In this document: in pieces, positions 25,850-40,300 of the stretch
Numbering within the stretch: the first letter of the stretch is position 1
How the letters are laid out: every line of letters begins with the position of its first letter
DNA from: Eledone cirrhosa
Lineage: Eukaryota
Direction of reading: 5' to 3'
Length of the DNA: 64,000 bases
Assembly (NCBI GenBank): GCA_964016885.1
Contig: OZ024740.1
Location: 342,426,001-342,490,000 of the forward strand
Program-made: the position numbers and the translations under genes
Notes under the pieces: generated by a model
What the model saw: the letters and a program-made list of their open reading frames with translations, nothing else
Databases searched by the model: none
What the model was told of the DNA's origin: nothing

Positions 25850-25885
25850 TCCCCCGTTGATGGGCGTGAGCCCGAAATATTGGGA
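25850..25885 (+). ncRNA. variant minimal hammerhead ribozyme in the PLE 3' region (inverted copy at 22115-22150)
   Basis: tccc CCGTTGA t gggc gtga gccc GAAA TA TT ggga; two core deviations from CUGANGA. Confidence 0.6.
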
Positions 25886-26468
25886 TTAAAATCTCTACTA
25901 CGGTAACCCTTCTACCTTTGTTTTGTTTTCATCTTTGTCTCTCTCAACTTTCACTTTCACCTGTTTTTCCTATCTATATTTCACTTCCTACCTCGAGATT
26001 TCCCTTTGCATTGTTGTGGCTTTCTTAAATACGTATTTTTATATATATATATATATATATATAAAAAATTTGAATTGGTGCTCTGAAATAGTGATATATA
26101 TATATGAATGTACGTATTGTATATTTAATAATATACTGTATGTTTATTTAAAAACATTTTGAAGACCATTTCGCTATTAATTTTAAGTTAGTGACTAACA
26201 TCACCTACCTAGCATCGGCAAAAACAGGGGGAAGTAATCAACGGCCACTGTTTCTAACATATTAGTGGTTATCAAGGTGGAGGGATATGTAGCCTTCAAA
26301 ATGTTTTAAAATAAACTTACAGTATATTATTAACTATACAATATGTACATTCATATATATATGTGTGTGTGTGTCATATATATATGTATATACAACAACA
26401 ACAACAAAATATAGATGAAGATTATGATAGAGTTGCTTTATAATTGCTGTTTGTATATTTATCACTAG

Positions 26469-26582
26469 GCAGACATTGTAATCTGACAATTGATCAATGC
26501 AGAAGAAATCCTTGTCAAAATGGTGGTACCTGCAAGAATTCATTCAACTTCCCAGTCTGCCATTGTTCACCCGGCTACACTG
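26469..26582 (+). CDS. SVEP1: SVEP1-like exon, EGF domain 5
   Basis: cactAG...GTaaga; GRHCNLTIDQCRRNPCQNGGTCKNSFNFPVCHCSPGYT. Confidence 0.92.
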
Positions 26583-26949
26583 GTAAGATAGCATTTTATT
26601 ATGTCAATGAGAAGACATGCAACCATAGACATACTTTCTCACTCTTTCTCCTTCTCTTTCTTTCTGAAACTCTCTCTATCTGCAACTCTCTCTCTTTCTC
26701 TCTCAATCTCACTGCTTCTATCTCTCTCTGTTTCTCTCTTATTCTCTCTCTTTCTCTCTCTCTGTGCTTCTCTCTCACTTTCTCTTTCTCTCTCTCCTCT
26801 CTCCTCTCTCCTCTCTCCTCTCTCCTCTTTCTTTCTCTGCTTCTCTCTCACTATCTCTGTCTCTTTCTCCCTCTCTCTGCTTCTCTCTTACTCTGTGCTT
26901 CTACCCCTCTCTCTCTCCTTTCCTTGTCTGTCTGTCTCCCTCTCTCTAC

Positions 26950-27740
26950 ATACATATCCGTGGTATATCAAAAGAGTATCCAACCTCAGGCTGAGAATAA
27001 AACATTATGTACTTGGTGGGGTTCAATTGCTAATCCCCTTTGAAGTGGGCTCCTTGTCTCTCCACACACTTAGCCCAGCAATCCTTGCACTGTTTGAAGT
27101 ACATCTGGAATGCTTCTTCTGTATTGACTCACAGCTCTGACATTGCGGTGCACGTGATGTCTTCTCAGTTCTCAAAGAAGTCAGAAGGATCCATGTCTGG
27201 AGAGTAATGAGCCTGGCATATGAGTAAAATGGACTTCTTTGCCAAGAAACCATTGACCAGCTGCAATGAATGAGCTGGAGCATTGTCATGATGCAGTTGT
27301 TAGTTTTATGAGGCCAACAGATCTGCTTTTTTGTGCCCAACCGCATCACAAAGACCTTAGAAAACTTCCTAATAGTACTCCTTTGTAACTGTTTGTCCTT
27401 CTGTTTCATATTTATAATGCACAATGCCTCTGTAATCAAAGAAAATAGTTAGCATCACTGTGATTTTGCTTCACATTTGACATGCTTTTGAGGGCCTTGG
27501 TGATGTTGGATGCTTCACTGTGATGACAGCTTTGGTTTTTGGGGTCATATCCACACATCTATGTCTCATCTTGTTATCATAGCATTCAGAAACTCTGGAT
27601 CCTTATTGGCAGTATCAGGCAAATATGAAAATGTGATGAGTAAGTAGTACAGAACCTCACACAGTTGCTATTTGATAGTAATTGATGCATCCTGCAATCT
27701 CACAAAAAACATGCATGCACATGAATATATGTGGCTCAAC
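26950..27740 (-). mobile_element. degraded mariner transposon
   Basis: Minus-strand HHDNAPAH motif at about 27270-27293, downstream YSPD-like motif, mariner-like TIR tatcaaaagagtatccaacct. Confidence 0.7.
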
Positions 27741-28369
27741 TCTGCATATTTTTGTCTCCCTAATGTCAGTCATTACTTCTATGGGAAAAATAAAGTTGAA
27801 TCTAAATATACACACACATAATGTGTGAAGAGAAATTGAGAAAGTTTTATGAATAATTTCGAAGTTATACTTGTCTGGCAAGTGATTTGATCTGAGATCA
27901 AATGTTGAAACTAAAGTAATTTGAGGAAGAGTCATTTTATCACAGTTCTACACAAAACTGCAAACAGTGTATCAAAAATGTTGATACCAAAAAAATAAAT
28001 GATAAATGTAAAGAGAAGTTTACAGTTTTTGTGTGTTTTTGAATGTTTAAAATGTTTATGGAAATTCTTTGATTTAATTAGAAACAACCACCAAATATTA
28101 AAGATCAGTATGACATTCTCAATGTTTTATTTATTGTTATATATATATATATATATATATCATCATCATCATCGTTTAACGTCCATCTTCCACACTAGCA
28201 TGGGTTAGATGGGAGTTGTCCCAATTTGAGGCAAATTGGTCGGGTGACCGTGTCTCGCTCGTATAGGACTATCTGGCAGGTTTTCTATGGCTGGATGCCC
28301 TTCCTAACACCAACCACATTTACAGTGGACATTTTGTACCTCTGTTGTCTCCTTGAACTATATATCATC

Positions 28370-31300
28370 ATCATCATCATCATCATTTTACATCTGCTTT
28401 TCCCTGCTTACAAGGGTGGGACGGGTCCTATTCAGCATCTCTCCACTTGTCACGGTCCTTCGTCATCTCCTCCGTGAGTTTCAGCAATCTGAGGTTTGCT
28501 CCCACCACCTCTGCCCATGTTTATGGTGGGCTTCCTCTACTGCCTCTTCCTTCTACTGGGATTTCTTGGCACTTCTTTACCCAGCAGTCATCCTCCATGT
28601 GCATCACATGTCCATACCATCTCAATCTTCTCTCCTGCACACCACAACTTATCCCTCTTATACCCAGTTTCTTTCTCAACTCATCTATGCTTGGTCGTTC
28701 ATGCACATTGGCATTGCACATCCAACGGAGCATGCTTGCTTCATTTCTCTCCAGCTGCATTTCTCTCCTCTGCAGTTGCTGCCCATGTCTCACTACCATG
28801 CAGCATCGTGCATCTCACACAGGCATCATATAACCGTCCTTTCGTACGCAGGGAGAAACCCTTCTTTGTCAACAGAGGAAGCAGCTCCCTAAACTTCTTC
28901 CAACCTATACTATGGCCTCGGAACACCCCCCTCCCATGCTAATCTGATCACCTAGGTACCGGAAGCTATCAACCACTTCTATAGAACTCACCTGCATTGG
29001 AAAAATGTGTCTATCACTGCGATTACTACTGCCAACTTTCCCTGTACATCTACTGCATACGTAGTTTTCCCCACCTGTTAGTTTGCCTGCTATCCCACTA
29101 CATCTCTTGTGTACCCAAGATCTGCATTGCGTACATTTTATGGAGTTCATGCAGTTCCTTTTCTACATGTCGAACATGGCCATTTCCCTGATGGAATCAG
29201 AGTATTGTCCTCTCTTCTACTTATCAACACCTTTGTCTTAGCTATGTTCACTCTCAGTCCTCTTGATTCCAACTGCTGTTTCCATAGCCATAATTTATTC
29301 TCTAGCTCCTCTACTGATTCTGCTATAAGAACCAGATCGTCAGCATAGAGAAGTTCCCATGGACAGCCAGTCTTAAACTCCTCTGTTATGGCTTGGAGGA
29401 CTATAATGAACAAGAGCGGGCTGAGGACCGAACCCTGATGTACTCCTACTTGTATCTGGAATTCCTCACTAAACTCCATTCCTACCCTGACTTTACTGAG
29501 AGTACCTCTGTACAAAGTTTGCACTGTCCTCACAAGCCATTCCTCAACACCTAGCTTCCTTAGGGACCACCAGATGACAGATCTGGGTACCCTATCAAAG
29601 GCCTTCTCTAGGTCAACAAAGGCTAAGTATAGTGGCTTATTCTTCTCTAAGAACCTCTCTTGCAATTGTCTCACCAAGAAGAGGGCATCTGTTGTACTCT
29701 TCCCAGGCACAAAACCAAACTGCATCTCATCTAGTTTGACCCTTTCTCTAATTAGTTGTTCTACAATCCTTTCTGCCACTTTCATATCCTGATCTATCAG
29801 TTTTATACCCCTATAATTGCTCCTCTCCAGAGCATCCCCTTTACCTTTGTAGCAATTTATGACTGGCTGCACCAGTCTTTGGGTATGACACCACCATATA
29901 TAGCTTGATTGATGATGCGTGCAACCAGTTTAGTGCCTACTTCTACTGATGCCTTCAGCATCTCAGCAACCATCCCCGACAGTCCAGCAGCCTTACCATT
30001 CTTCATTTCCTTAATTGCCTCTTGTACCCTATATTCGCCAATCTCAATAGCTGGTCCCTCTGTCGGATCTACTGAGGGTAATTTCTCTCTCTCCCATTTG
30101 TTCTCCACACTCATCCATCGGTCTCTCATAATGACATTTCCAGGCCTCCTTTTCTGATCATTCGTGACACTAAGTACACCGGCATCATTCTGGACACATT
30201 TATCTCCAACAACATCCTGATTTGCACTGACACACTGCCTTGCAATGCGGAACACTGCATGTCTCTGATCTTCCCATCGCAGAACATTGGCAAACCTCCT
30301 ACTCTCAGCGTACCTGCGTGCTAAGTACACCTGACATCTAGCTTCTGTCTTATTTTCTGTCTGGTTGAAGCTCTGCCCCAGCCACAAGTTTCTTCAGTAG
30401 CCTGCAGTAAGTTGTCACGCAAGCAATTCCAGTCATCATCTATGTCATGCAGCTCTAAATCGTCTTCTTTTTCATCATACACATCTTGAAGGGTTTTGCT
30501 AAATTTATATTTTAGTAAAAGGTCTTTTAGCTTCCAGACCTTTCTTTTCCACACCTTCCTGTATGTCTCATTCTTTCTCTTGCTTACTGAGATGTCACTA
30601 ACGACTAACCTATGCTGTGGGGTACATTCTTCCCCGGGGTATGCCTTAGTATTTGATACCATCTGTCTGTCTCGCTGTCTAACTAGCAGGAAGTCAATCT
30701 GGTTTATGTGCTCACCTGATTTGTAAGTTACTAGGAGGTTGGTAGGCTTCTGGAAGTTAGTGTTGCAAATGGTTAGTGCACTTGCATCACAAAATTCAAG
30801 AAGCCTCACTCCTTCTTCATTTCTTGAGCCGTAACCGTGCCCACCATATACCCCAGTGTATCCTTCCTGGATCTGTCCAACATATCCATTGAAGTCCCCT
30901 GCTAGCATAATGATGTCTCCGTCATTGAGGCTGTTTGTAAAAGTTGCTCGTAAAAGCAGTCTTTCTCTTCTTTACCTAGGCCTGTTTGGGGAGCATAGGC
31001 AGAGATGATTGTCAGTAGTCTCTTGCCTACAACTAATCTAAGCTTAATTATTCTATTACTAACTCTAAATACCTCTATTGTCTTATCGATCCATCTCTCA
31101 ACCAGTAATATGCCTATCCCACCTAACCCACCATCATTACCCACCCAGAAAATCTTATAACTAAGATGTTTGCCTGCGATTAGTCTTGCAGAGGCACCTC
31201 TCCATCTCACCTCTTGCACACAGCACACATCCACATACCTTCTCTCCAGCATCTCCACTATCTCACCAGATCTACCTGTTAGTGTGCCAACATTAAGTGT

Positions 31301-31860
31301 GGCAACTCTGAGATGCAACGTCTCGTTCTTTTTCCTGTTGTGCGATTGCTTGATGACGGTCGGGGGGTTCTCACACATGGCCTCACCAGCCACCTCACTA
31401 CCGTCTGCAGCCCTAACATGGTTAGTGTTATTGCTGTATACGCAGTTGTTGTGCGATAGCTTGATGACGGTCAGGGGGTCCTCGCACATGGCCACACCAG
31501 CCACCTCACTACTGTGAGCAGCCCTAACATGGTTAGTGTCATTGTTGTTTACGCAGTTGTTGCAATTCTCATTCGTTGTGCTCATAGTTTTTGGCAGTAA
31601 TATATATACTGGTTGGATGCCCTTCCTAAAACTAGCACCACTTTACAGCATGGACTGGGTGCTTTTATTCGTGCCACCAGCACTAGAGAGGTTGTCTTAC
31701 TGGACTCAGGGGCCCTATCCATACCTCCATTTTACAGCATGGAGTGGGTGCATTTATTCGTGCCACCAGCACTAGGGAAGTTGTCTTACTGGACTTAGGG
31801 GACTTCTCTACCCTGCACCAATTTATTTGGAGTGGTAGCTCTCCTAGATGAGTTGCCTAC
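28370..31860 (-). mobile_element. near full-length, frameshifted RTE LINE (APE + RT + PHD)
   Basis: ORF pieces 30902-31585 (ATLNVGTL, VQEVRW, SAYAPQ), 30321-30908 (GDFNG, IDFLL), 29147-29872 (RT, LYADD) and 28521-29150; tandem duplication of about 100 bp near the 5' end. Confidence 0.92.
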
Positions 31861-32023
31861 ACTATGTCCACCCCTTGTCTGTTCTATGATCTATTCATAT
31901 ATCATACAGCATCGGGCATGTATACCGAACGTGGTGGTGGATAAGTGAGAAGGAAAAATGGCTATACGTACAAATTTATATCAACATATATACATATATA
32001 TATATATAAACATATATATATAC

Positions 32024-32096
<73 letters not shown>

Positions 32097-32105
32097 CATA
32101 TATAT

Positions 32106-32155
<50 letters not shown>

Positions 32156-32161
32156 CTCATA

Positions 32162-32587
32162 TCCTTCGTAGAGACCTGAAAATCCGCCTCTTCATTGCTG
32201 TAGTGGAGTCTGTGCTGCTGTATGGGTCAGAGACTTGGACACTGACCAAGAAACTCACTCAGATGGTGGATGGGTGCTACACGAGAATGCTGAGGATGGC
32301 TGTGAACATTAATCAGTATACACTGAGGATGAAAAACTCAGAGCTGTATGGGAGCATCCCAAAAGTCAGCTCAAAAGTGACACAGAGGAGACTGAGGTTA
32401 TCTGGACATGCTCACCGACATCCAGAGTTGACATTGCACTCAATACTCCTTTGGGAGCCCCTACATGGACACACTGGTCTATTGGAGACGCAGGACATGG
32501 CAGCGATAATGAGGGACAGAGACCGCTGGAGAGAACTCGTCCATGGATCTCGGGAATTTTACCCGCCTTAGAATAGAATAGAATAGA
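32162..32587 (+). mobile_element. RTE 3' fragment with (agaat)n tail and atatctcata TSD
   Basis: [14 protein letters not shown]...RRLRLSGHAHRH; atatctcata occurs on both sides. Confidence 0.8.
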
Positions 32588-32884
32588 ATATCTCATACAT
32601 ATAAACATATACAAATCTCATGCAAACCGAAAAGTTTGGAGATATGAAAAATAAACTTATCTTAACGAAGCCTTTATAACGATGTTACACATCCAACAAA
32701 TATGGATTCCCTGTGTTTAAGATGTGCGCGAATAACAACATATCCGGATATATATCAACATTTATATCAACATATATACATATATATATAAAAATATATA
32801 TATATATATATACATTGCAAGCGTGTAACACGGACGCTAAACCTTGATGATGATGATGATATATACATATATATCTTACTTCTT

Positions 32885-33208
32885 CTTACGTCCGCTTTTC
32901 CCTGCTTGCAAGGGTGAGACAGGAACTGACTCTGGCTTGATTTCTACAGCTGGATGCCCTTCCTAACACCAACCTCATTTACAGTGAGTGCTGGGTGCTT
33001 TTTTTGTCGTGGCACCTCCACGACCACTTTGCAGTGGAATGATAAGGACCCCAGTCCCTATCATCTCATTTCTACAGCTAAGTAAACTGGAGCAATGTGA
33101 AATAAAGTGTCTTGCTCAAGGAAACAACACATCACCCGGTCTGAGAATTGAACTCACAACCTTTCGATTGCAAGGTCAATGCTCTAACCACTAAGCCATG
33201 TGCCTCCA
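32885..33208 (-). mobile_element. tRNA-SINE copy
   Basis: Reverse complement of 7072-7402. Confidence 0.85.
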
Positions 33209-33231
33209 TATATATATATATATATATATAT

Positions 33232-35700
33232 CATCATCATCATCATCATCATTGTTTAACGTCCATCTTCCACGCTAGCATGGCTTTGGACGGGAATGTT
33301 CCCACTTGAGGCAAGAGTGGTTGTCTTGCTCGTATAGGAGTGTCTGGCATGTTTTCTATGGCTGGATGCCCTTCCTAACACCAACCACATTTACAGTGTG
33401 GGTCTGGGAGGTTTTTACCGTGTTACCTACATGGCCACATTACAGCGTGGACTGTGTGTTTTTTTGTCGTGACACCTACACGACCTCATTTGTTTCGGAC
33501 TGGATGTTGTGGTACCAACATAACTTTACATCGAAAGGGGTGGTGTGGATGGGGTGGGGGTAGTGGGACAGGGGTGTATTTTGTTAGAGATGCCTACTGA
33601 CTGTAGTAGGTTTCACTTTGTACTTAGGTAAGGTGGGTCTTCTGTATGACTGTGTAGCGCCAAAGATCTCGGTCCAGTGACATTGTCTTGGAGAGGTGTA
33701 AGTGTGTGAGGTCGGAGTTTAGCAAGTTGTCCCAGGTTTTTCTGGGTCTGCCTACTCCGTGGCTACCGTCTATTTTTATCGCCCTGCACGTTTTTATACA
33801 GCTGTCGTCTTTCATGCGCATCACGTGACCATACCAACGCAGTCTTCTCTCGAGTAAACAACATCTGATCCCTCTTATTCCTAATTTCTCCCTTAGTTCG
33901 TTTATGCTTTGCCGTTCACGTACATTACTATTACACATCCAGCGGAGCATGCAAGCTTCATTCCTCTCCAGTCTGCGTATATCCTCTGCACACAATGCCC
34001 AGATCTCACTGCCATGCAACATTGCTGTCCGTATGCAGGCATCATACAACCTGCCTTTCATTTTTAGTGAGAACCCTTTAGCGGCCAATAGTGGTATAAG
34101 CTCTCTGAACATTTTCTATCCCGTTCTGACACTAGCTACTGTACTTTCGGAGCACCCTCCACCACTGCTAATTTTATCACCCAGGTAATGGAAGGTGTCC
34201 ACTATTTCTATAGAACCATCTGTGCAATGGAATGAGCTAGTATTCGGTGGGCACTTGCTGCTACTTATTGCACCAGAGCACCGGCTACATATGAAATCTA
34301 TATTCTTAGTTAGCTTACCTGTGATCCCACTACATCTTTTATGCACCCATACTTTGCATTTGGGACATAAAATGGAGTTTCTTCCTACTCCTTTCCTAGA
34401 AACTAGAACTTTAGTCTTAGACAGGTTAATTTTAAGGCCTTTTGATTCTAGGCCATGCTTCCATATTTGGAATTTCTTCTCTAGTTCGGCCATTGATTCA
34501 GCTATGAGCGTTAGATCATCTGCGTATAGAAGTTGCCATGGGCAGCCGGTCTTGAGCTCCTCTGTTCTAGCCTGAAAGGCAATAATAAATAGGAGGGGGC
34601 TAAGGACGGAGCCCTGATGAACTTTACGCTAAACTCTTCACTATATTTGTTGTTAATTCTAACCTTGCTGACTGTTTCTTTATACATGGCTTGTATAGCT
34701 CTCACAAGCCATTCATCAACACCTAGTTTTCTAAGAGCCCACCAGATAATGGAGCGGGGGACCCTGTCAAAGGCTTTCTCCAAGTCAACAAAAGCTAAGT
34801 ATAGGGGTTTACTTTTAGCTAGGTACTTCTCTTGTAGTTGTCGTACAATGAAAAGAGCGTCTGTTGTACTTTTACCTGACACAAACCCGAACTGCATTTC
34901 ATCTAGATCAATTCGCTCTCTGATTAGTTGCGCTATTACTTTTTCTGTGACCTTCATGACCTGATCGATTAATTTAATGCCTCTATATTTACCCCTATCT
35001 AGGGCATCTCCTTTACCCTTGTAGCAGTTAATGATGATGCTGCTACGCCAGTCTTTTGGAATGACCCCATTCTGTATGACTTGGTTTACTATCCGGGTGA
35101 CCATAATGTGTCCCACCGTTCCAGATGCTTTCAGCATTTCAGCAACTATTTCCGAAGGCCCAGCCGCCTTACCCGTCTTCATATCTTTGATTGCCTTACT
35201 GATTATACTACCTTCAACTAGCACTGCTGGTCCCTCTATTGGATCGATGTGGGGGAGACTGTCTTTCTCCCATTTATTCTCCTCATTTAGTAGCCTTTCG
35301 TAGTGACACTTCCAAGCTACCTTCTTATCAGTGTCAGTGATGGCAAGTACACCATCATCATAAAGGATACACTTCTCCCCGACAATATCACTGTTTTCTT
35401 TGACACATTGCCTAGCAATCCTGAACACCTCACGTTTTTGGTCCTCGCATTGTAGAACATGCTTGAACTTTCTTTCCTCTGCTTCCCTTCTTTCCTAGCT
35501 TTCCTCCTGGCCACTTGATAGTCTTCTCTACTTCCCCCATCCTGCCATACTTTCCAAGCCTGCTTTTTGGCCTTAATTGACTCCTCCACCTTACTGTTCC
35601 ACAACCACATTACTCTCCTCCTGCCTATAGGCCTACTCCAGCCACAGACATCATCTGCCGCCTTCAGCAGGTTAGCTTTCAGGAATTCCCACTGTTCCTC
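33232..35700 (-). mobile_element. RTE LINE copy, same subfamily as 12440-15267, frameshifted and 5'-truncated
   Basis: ORFs 34511-35428, 34116-34493 and 33624-34112 are near-identical in protein to the 841-aa ORF. Confidence 0.93.
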
Positions 35701-35736
<36 letters not shown>

Positions 35737-35829
35737 TATATATATATAACGAAGGAGTTGTGGTAAGGAACCAGATGGACCATAACGCACCAGAGTACTC
35801 AATACTTAGGGTAATAGAGTGGGTAATAG

Positions 35830-38800
35830 GAGAAAGTATGACCCTAATGGCAGAGCTCAAGCCGTTTCAACGGCTATTTCTGGACTAAAGTAAGAGTTTT
35901 TTTAGTCTGGTAAATAAATAGCCAAACTTTTCAAGGCGTACTTCTTTATATGGGAAGATTGCAGTTGTTAAGAGGATTGGTCAAGGCTTGTAGCAGACAC
36001 AGAAAAGTCTATCATGGCAGTGGGTGCAGGGAGGGGTGGCTGAACTTGCCTGTAGAACGATAGGGGAGTGGGTAGAGCCGGTCAAGCGTTAAAGGTGAAA
36101 TCTACACGGCAAATTCTAAGGAATGTGTATGAAAGTAGGCCAGAGGAGGTTGGCGAAAAAAGTTTTTTTTAGAAAATGGAGGAGGGACGTTATAGAATTA
36201 GTAAATCAAAGGAGATTAGGGGACAATGAAAAAATATAATAAAAAAGAATATAATACAAAATATGAAGAACTTTTTTCTTGACAGATACCGTGACAACCA
36301 GGACTTCGACACCAAGGAGAGATTCGGATTCATTACCTACAAATCTCCCCCACTGAACCCTATGCTCTCACCCTTCGAGAACGACCTTTTCCAACTGGTC
36401 AAGGGTATTACATTCAAACCCAGACACAAACAATTCCTACAACAACTCCATAGCCAAATAACGGAGTATGAAAGCACCAACGACATCCTGGTGCACTCGG
36501 ACAAAACTGGTAACCTCTATTTCGTCAACCCGGACAGATACCACAGACTGATCAGGAGCAGCCTAAACTCCACCTATAAAAAGGCTAACCACTCAATTTT
36601 CGAGGACATAAATCTAGAGGGACAACAAATTACCTCTAGCCTCGGGGTCGCAGACCGCATTGAACCCCTCGACCCATGGACTCCCTACTTCACACTGAAG
36701 GACCACAAATCCGACTTCGACCGCAAACCATCCATCAGGCTTATAAACCTGACGAAGTCAGACAGGTAGGATCAGTAAAATCATCCTAGATCGCGTTATA
36801 CCAAAAGTTAAGCAAAACGCGAGACTTAGCCTATGGGTTAGCACCCAGGAAATAATCTCATGGTTCAGGAATATTGAGGACAAACGGGACACAAAATTCA
36901 TCCAGTTTGACATAGAGAGTTACTATGCATCTATTACCTTACCGCTCCTTACGGCCACCTTGGACTTTGTCGAAACACTCGCGCCCATCATCGACCAGGA
37001 AAGAAATATTTCCATGCCAGGAAGACAGTCCTACTTTTCGACAACTCCAAGTGGATAAAGAGAGCGCCCGACCCCCCCCCCCCCCCCCTCGACGTCAGCA
37101 TGGGCGCGACCGATTCGGCCGAGGTCACCGATCTTATAGGATTATTCCTACTATTTATACTCACCGAAATGTTTGCCGCATTTGGCGGTGGATTATACCG
37201 AGACGATGGGCTCTTTACCCTCAAAGGGTACAACCCCAGTAGTACAGACCGGGTCCGTAAACAACTTATCAACTTTTTCCGGGACTGGGAATTTAAACTC
37301 ACCCTACAAACGTCCCTAACCCGAGTAAATTTTCTGGACGTTAACCTCAACCTCGAAAATGATCTGTACTACCAAACGACAACCTGCACTACATCCACCA
37401 CTGCTCTAACCATCCTAGAAACATCACCAATAATCTGGTTAAAAACAACTCCCTCCACATATCTCGTTTGTCTGCTAATGAGCAGATATTCGACGAACAT
37501 GCGCCTCATTACAACCGGGCCTTCAAGCGGAGTGGCTTCTGGGAGGAAATATCCTTTTATCCAGCTTCCCTTAGCGGAACCAGCCGCCACTCACACCACG
37601 TAACGTGGTTCAATCCTCTCCACAATGCCGAGGTGGCAACACCTATCGAGAAAATCTTCTTTAGGCTCCTCGAAAAACACTTTCCACCACAACACCGCTA
37701 CTACAACATAATCAACAAAAACACTATCAAGCTATCCTACAGCACCACACCTAACTTTGCACAAAACATCATCTCCTCAAACAACAACAAACTCAATCCC
37801 TATGGAAGAAACAACCTAGAAATTAGTGGAGAGCCGACCAGGAGGTGTAACTACCCTGATGGATCTTCGTGCCCCCTCAACAACAGATGCCGAGAACGTA
37901 ATGTGATCTACCAGTGCAACGTGAGGACGGACACCTCCAACAAAGCTTATATAGGATTAACCGCTTGTGACTTTAAGACCCGGCTCTACCAACACCGACA
38001 TACATTCCGAAACCCGGTCCGGCGACATGCCACCACACTTTCGGGCCACATCTGGGACCTCCTAGATAATAATATAACCAACAATCTCACTTGGAGCTTA
38101 CTGTCCAGAGCTAACTCTTACACGCGAGGATCAACTCCTAAACAAAAAAGACGAACTGGTAACTGCATGCAAACACAGATTGTGGAAGACTTACCTCACC
38201 CTCAAATCCCCTAACAATCCGGGTGGGTAGACAAGGGTTGAAACACCCCACTTGCCGAATAAGATAGGGAAAACCCCAACTTATATAGGTAGATGTACCC
38301 CTTTTCTTTTCCTCTATGTTTTCTTCTTCCCTTTGTCTCCTATCACTTCTTTCCACCACCGAACTTCTTCCTCGTTCGTTTCTTTGTTTTTTTCCCCTCT
38401 CGCCTACCCAAAGGCAGCCCATCGGGCCTCTTTAGTCTCAGTACCCCCACCCCAGTAACTTACAGATAGCATTCGCCGATTACACTATACTAACTATTCA
38501 TAGCAGCTGAGTTAGACCCCAGAGATGTGGAATTAATTTTTAATACCCAATTCTAAATTTTCAATAATTCTCATCTAGCAACCCATTCTATAGCATTGGC
38601 CGAAAAAGCAGAACCAACTAAATATAGCAGCTGTGTTAGACTCCTTAGTTTTTGTTTTATTTCACTTCTCACTTTCCAATCTTACATTCTGATATATCTG
38701 TCTCTCATTTTTTATTATATTCTTTATTATATTTTTTCTTTGTCCCCTAATCTCTTTTGATTTACTAATTCTATAACGTCCCTCCTCCATTTTCTAAAGA

Positions 38801-39140
38801 AACCTTTTTTTGCCAACCTCCTCTGGCCTACTTTCATACACATTCCTTAGAATTTGCCGTGTAGATTTCACCTTCAACGCTTGACCGGCTCTACCCACTC
38901 CCTTATCGTTCTACAGGCAAGTTCAGCCACCCCCTCCCTGCACCCACTGCCATGATAGACTTTTCTGTGTCTGCTACAAGCCTTGACCAATCCTCTTGAC
39001 AACTGCAATCTTCCCATATAAGGAAGTACCCCTTGAAAAGTTCGGCTATTTATTTACCAGACTAAAAAAACTCTTATTTTAGTCCAGAAATAGCCGTCGA
39101 AATAGCTTGAGCTCTGCCGTCGGGGTCATACTTTCTGCTA
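35830..39140 (+). mobile_element. second Penelope-like family, frameshifted RT + GIY-YIG, with inverted arms of about 430 bp
   Basis: SDKTGNLY, FTLKDHK..F..KPSIRLIN, FIQFDIESYY, MGATDSAEV, GLYRDDGL, NVIYQC...YIGLT..FKTR; 35830-36260 is inverted to about 38710-39140. Confidence 0.9.
39028..39126 (+). ncRNA. type-I hammerhead ribozyme with U3-A8 core and long stem II (inverted copy at 35841-35939)
   Basis: acccc TTGAAAA g..ggctattt...aaatagcc..c GAAA (cggc) ttgagctct gccg TC ggggt; cggc comes from the inverted copy. Confidence 0.7.
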
Positions 39141-39156
39141 TATATATATATATATA

Positions 39157-39897
<741 letters not shown>

Positions 39898-39915
39898 CAA
39901 ATCTCATACATATAA

Positions 39916-39968
<53 letters not shown>

Positions 39969-40013
39969 AAAAAAAAGTGGACATTAGAAAACATTCTCTA
40001 CTGATCATGTTAT

Positions 40014-40300
40014 ATAAGGAAAATGATTAAAAAAAGGGTTTGAAAAGCACACCTGGTATATAAAAAGGATTTTTATAACATGTTAGCAAAGCCTGCTTTT
40101 TCCATTTCCGATCATCAAAACAATGTGGTCGAAAATCAGTTTTAACAAAAAGACAATTTAATCTAATAACAAATATTTTGATGATCCAAGATGGAGAAAG
40201 CATGCTTTGCTAACATCAATTTTTTATGCATGTTACAAAGATCTTTTTTAAATATGTACCAGCTGTGCTTTTCAAATCCTTTTTTAAATAATTTTCCTTA
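40014..40300. repeat. diverged inverted repeat containing a hammerhead-like motif (40178-40210)
   Basis: 40014-40120 vs 40176-40300; TTGATGA tcc aagat gga GAAA gcatgc TT. Confidence 0.6.

Larger units (their letters stand above)
21960..26040 (+). mobile_element. young Penelope-like retroelement with 1.49-kb inverted pLTR
   Basis: 21960-23449 is the reverse complement of 24550-26040 and looks almost identical; (TA)n flanks. Confidence 0.95.
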
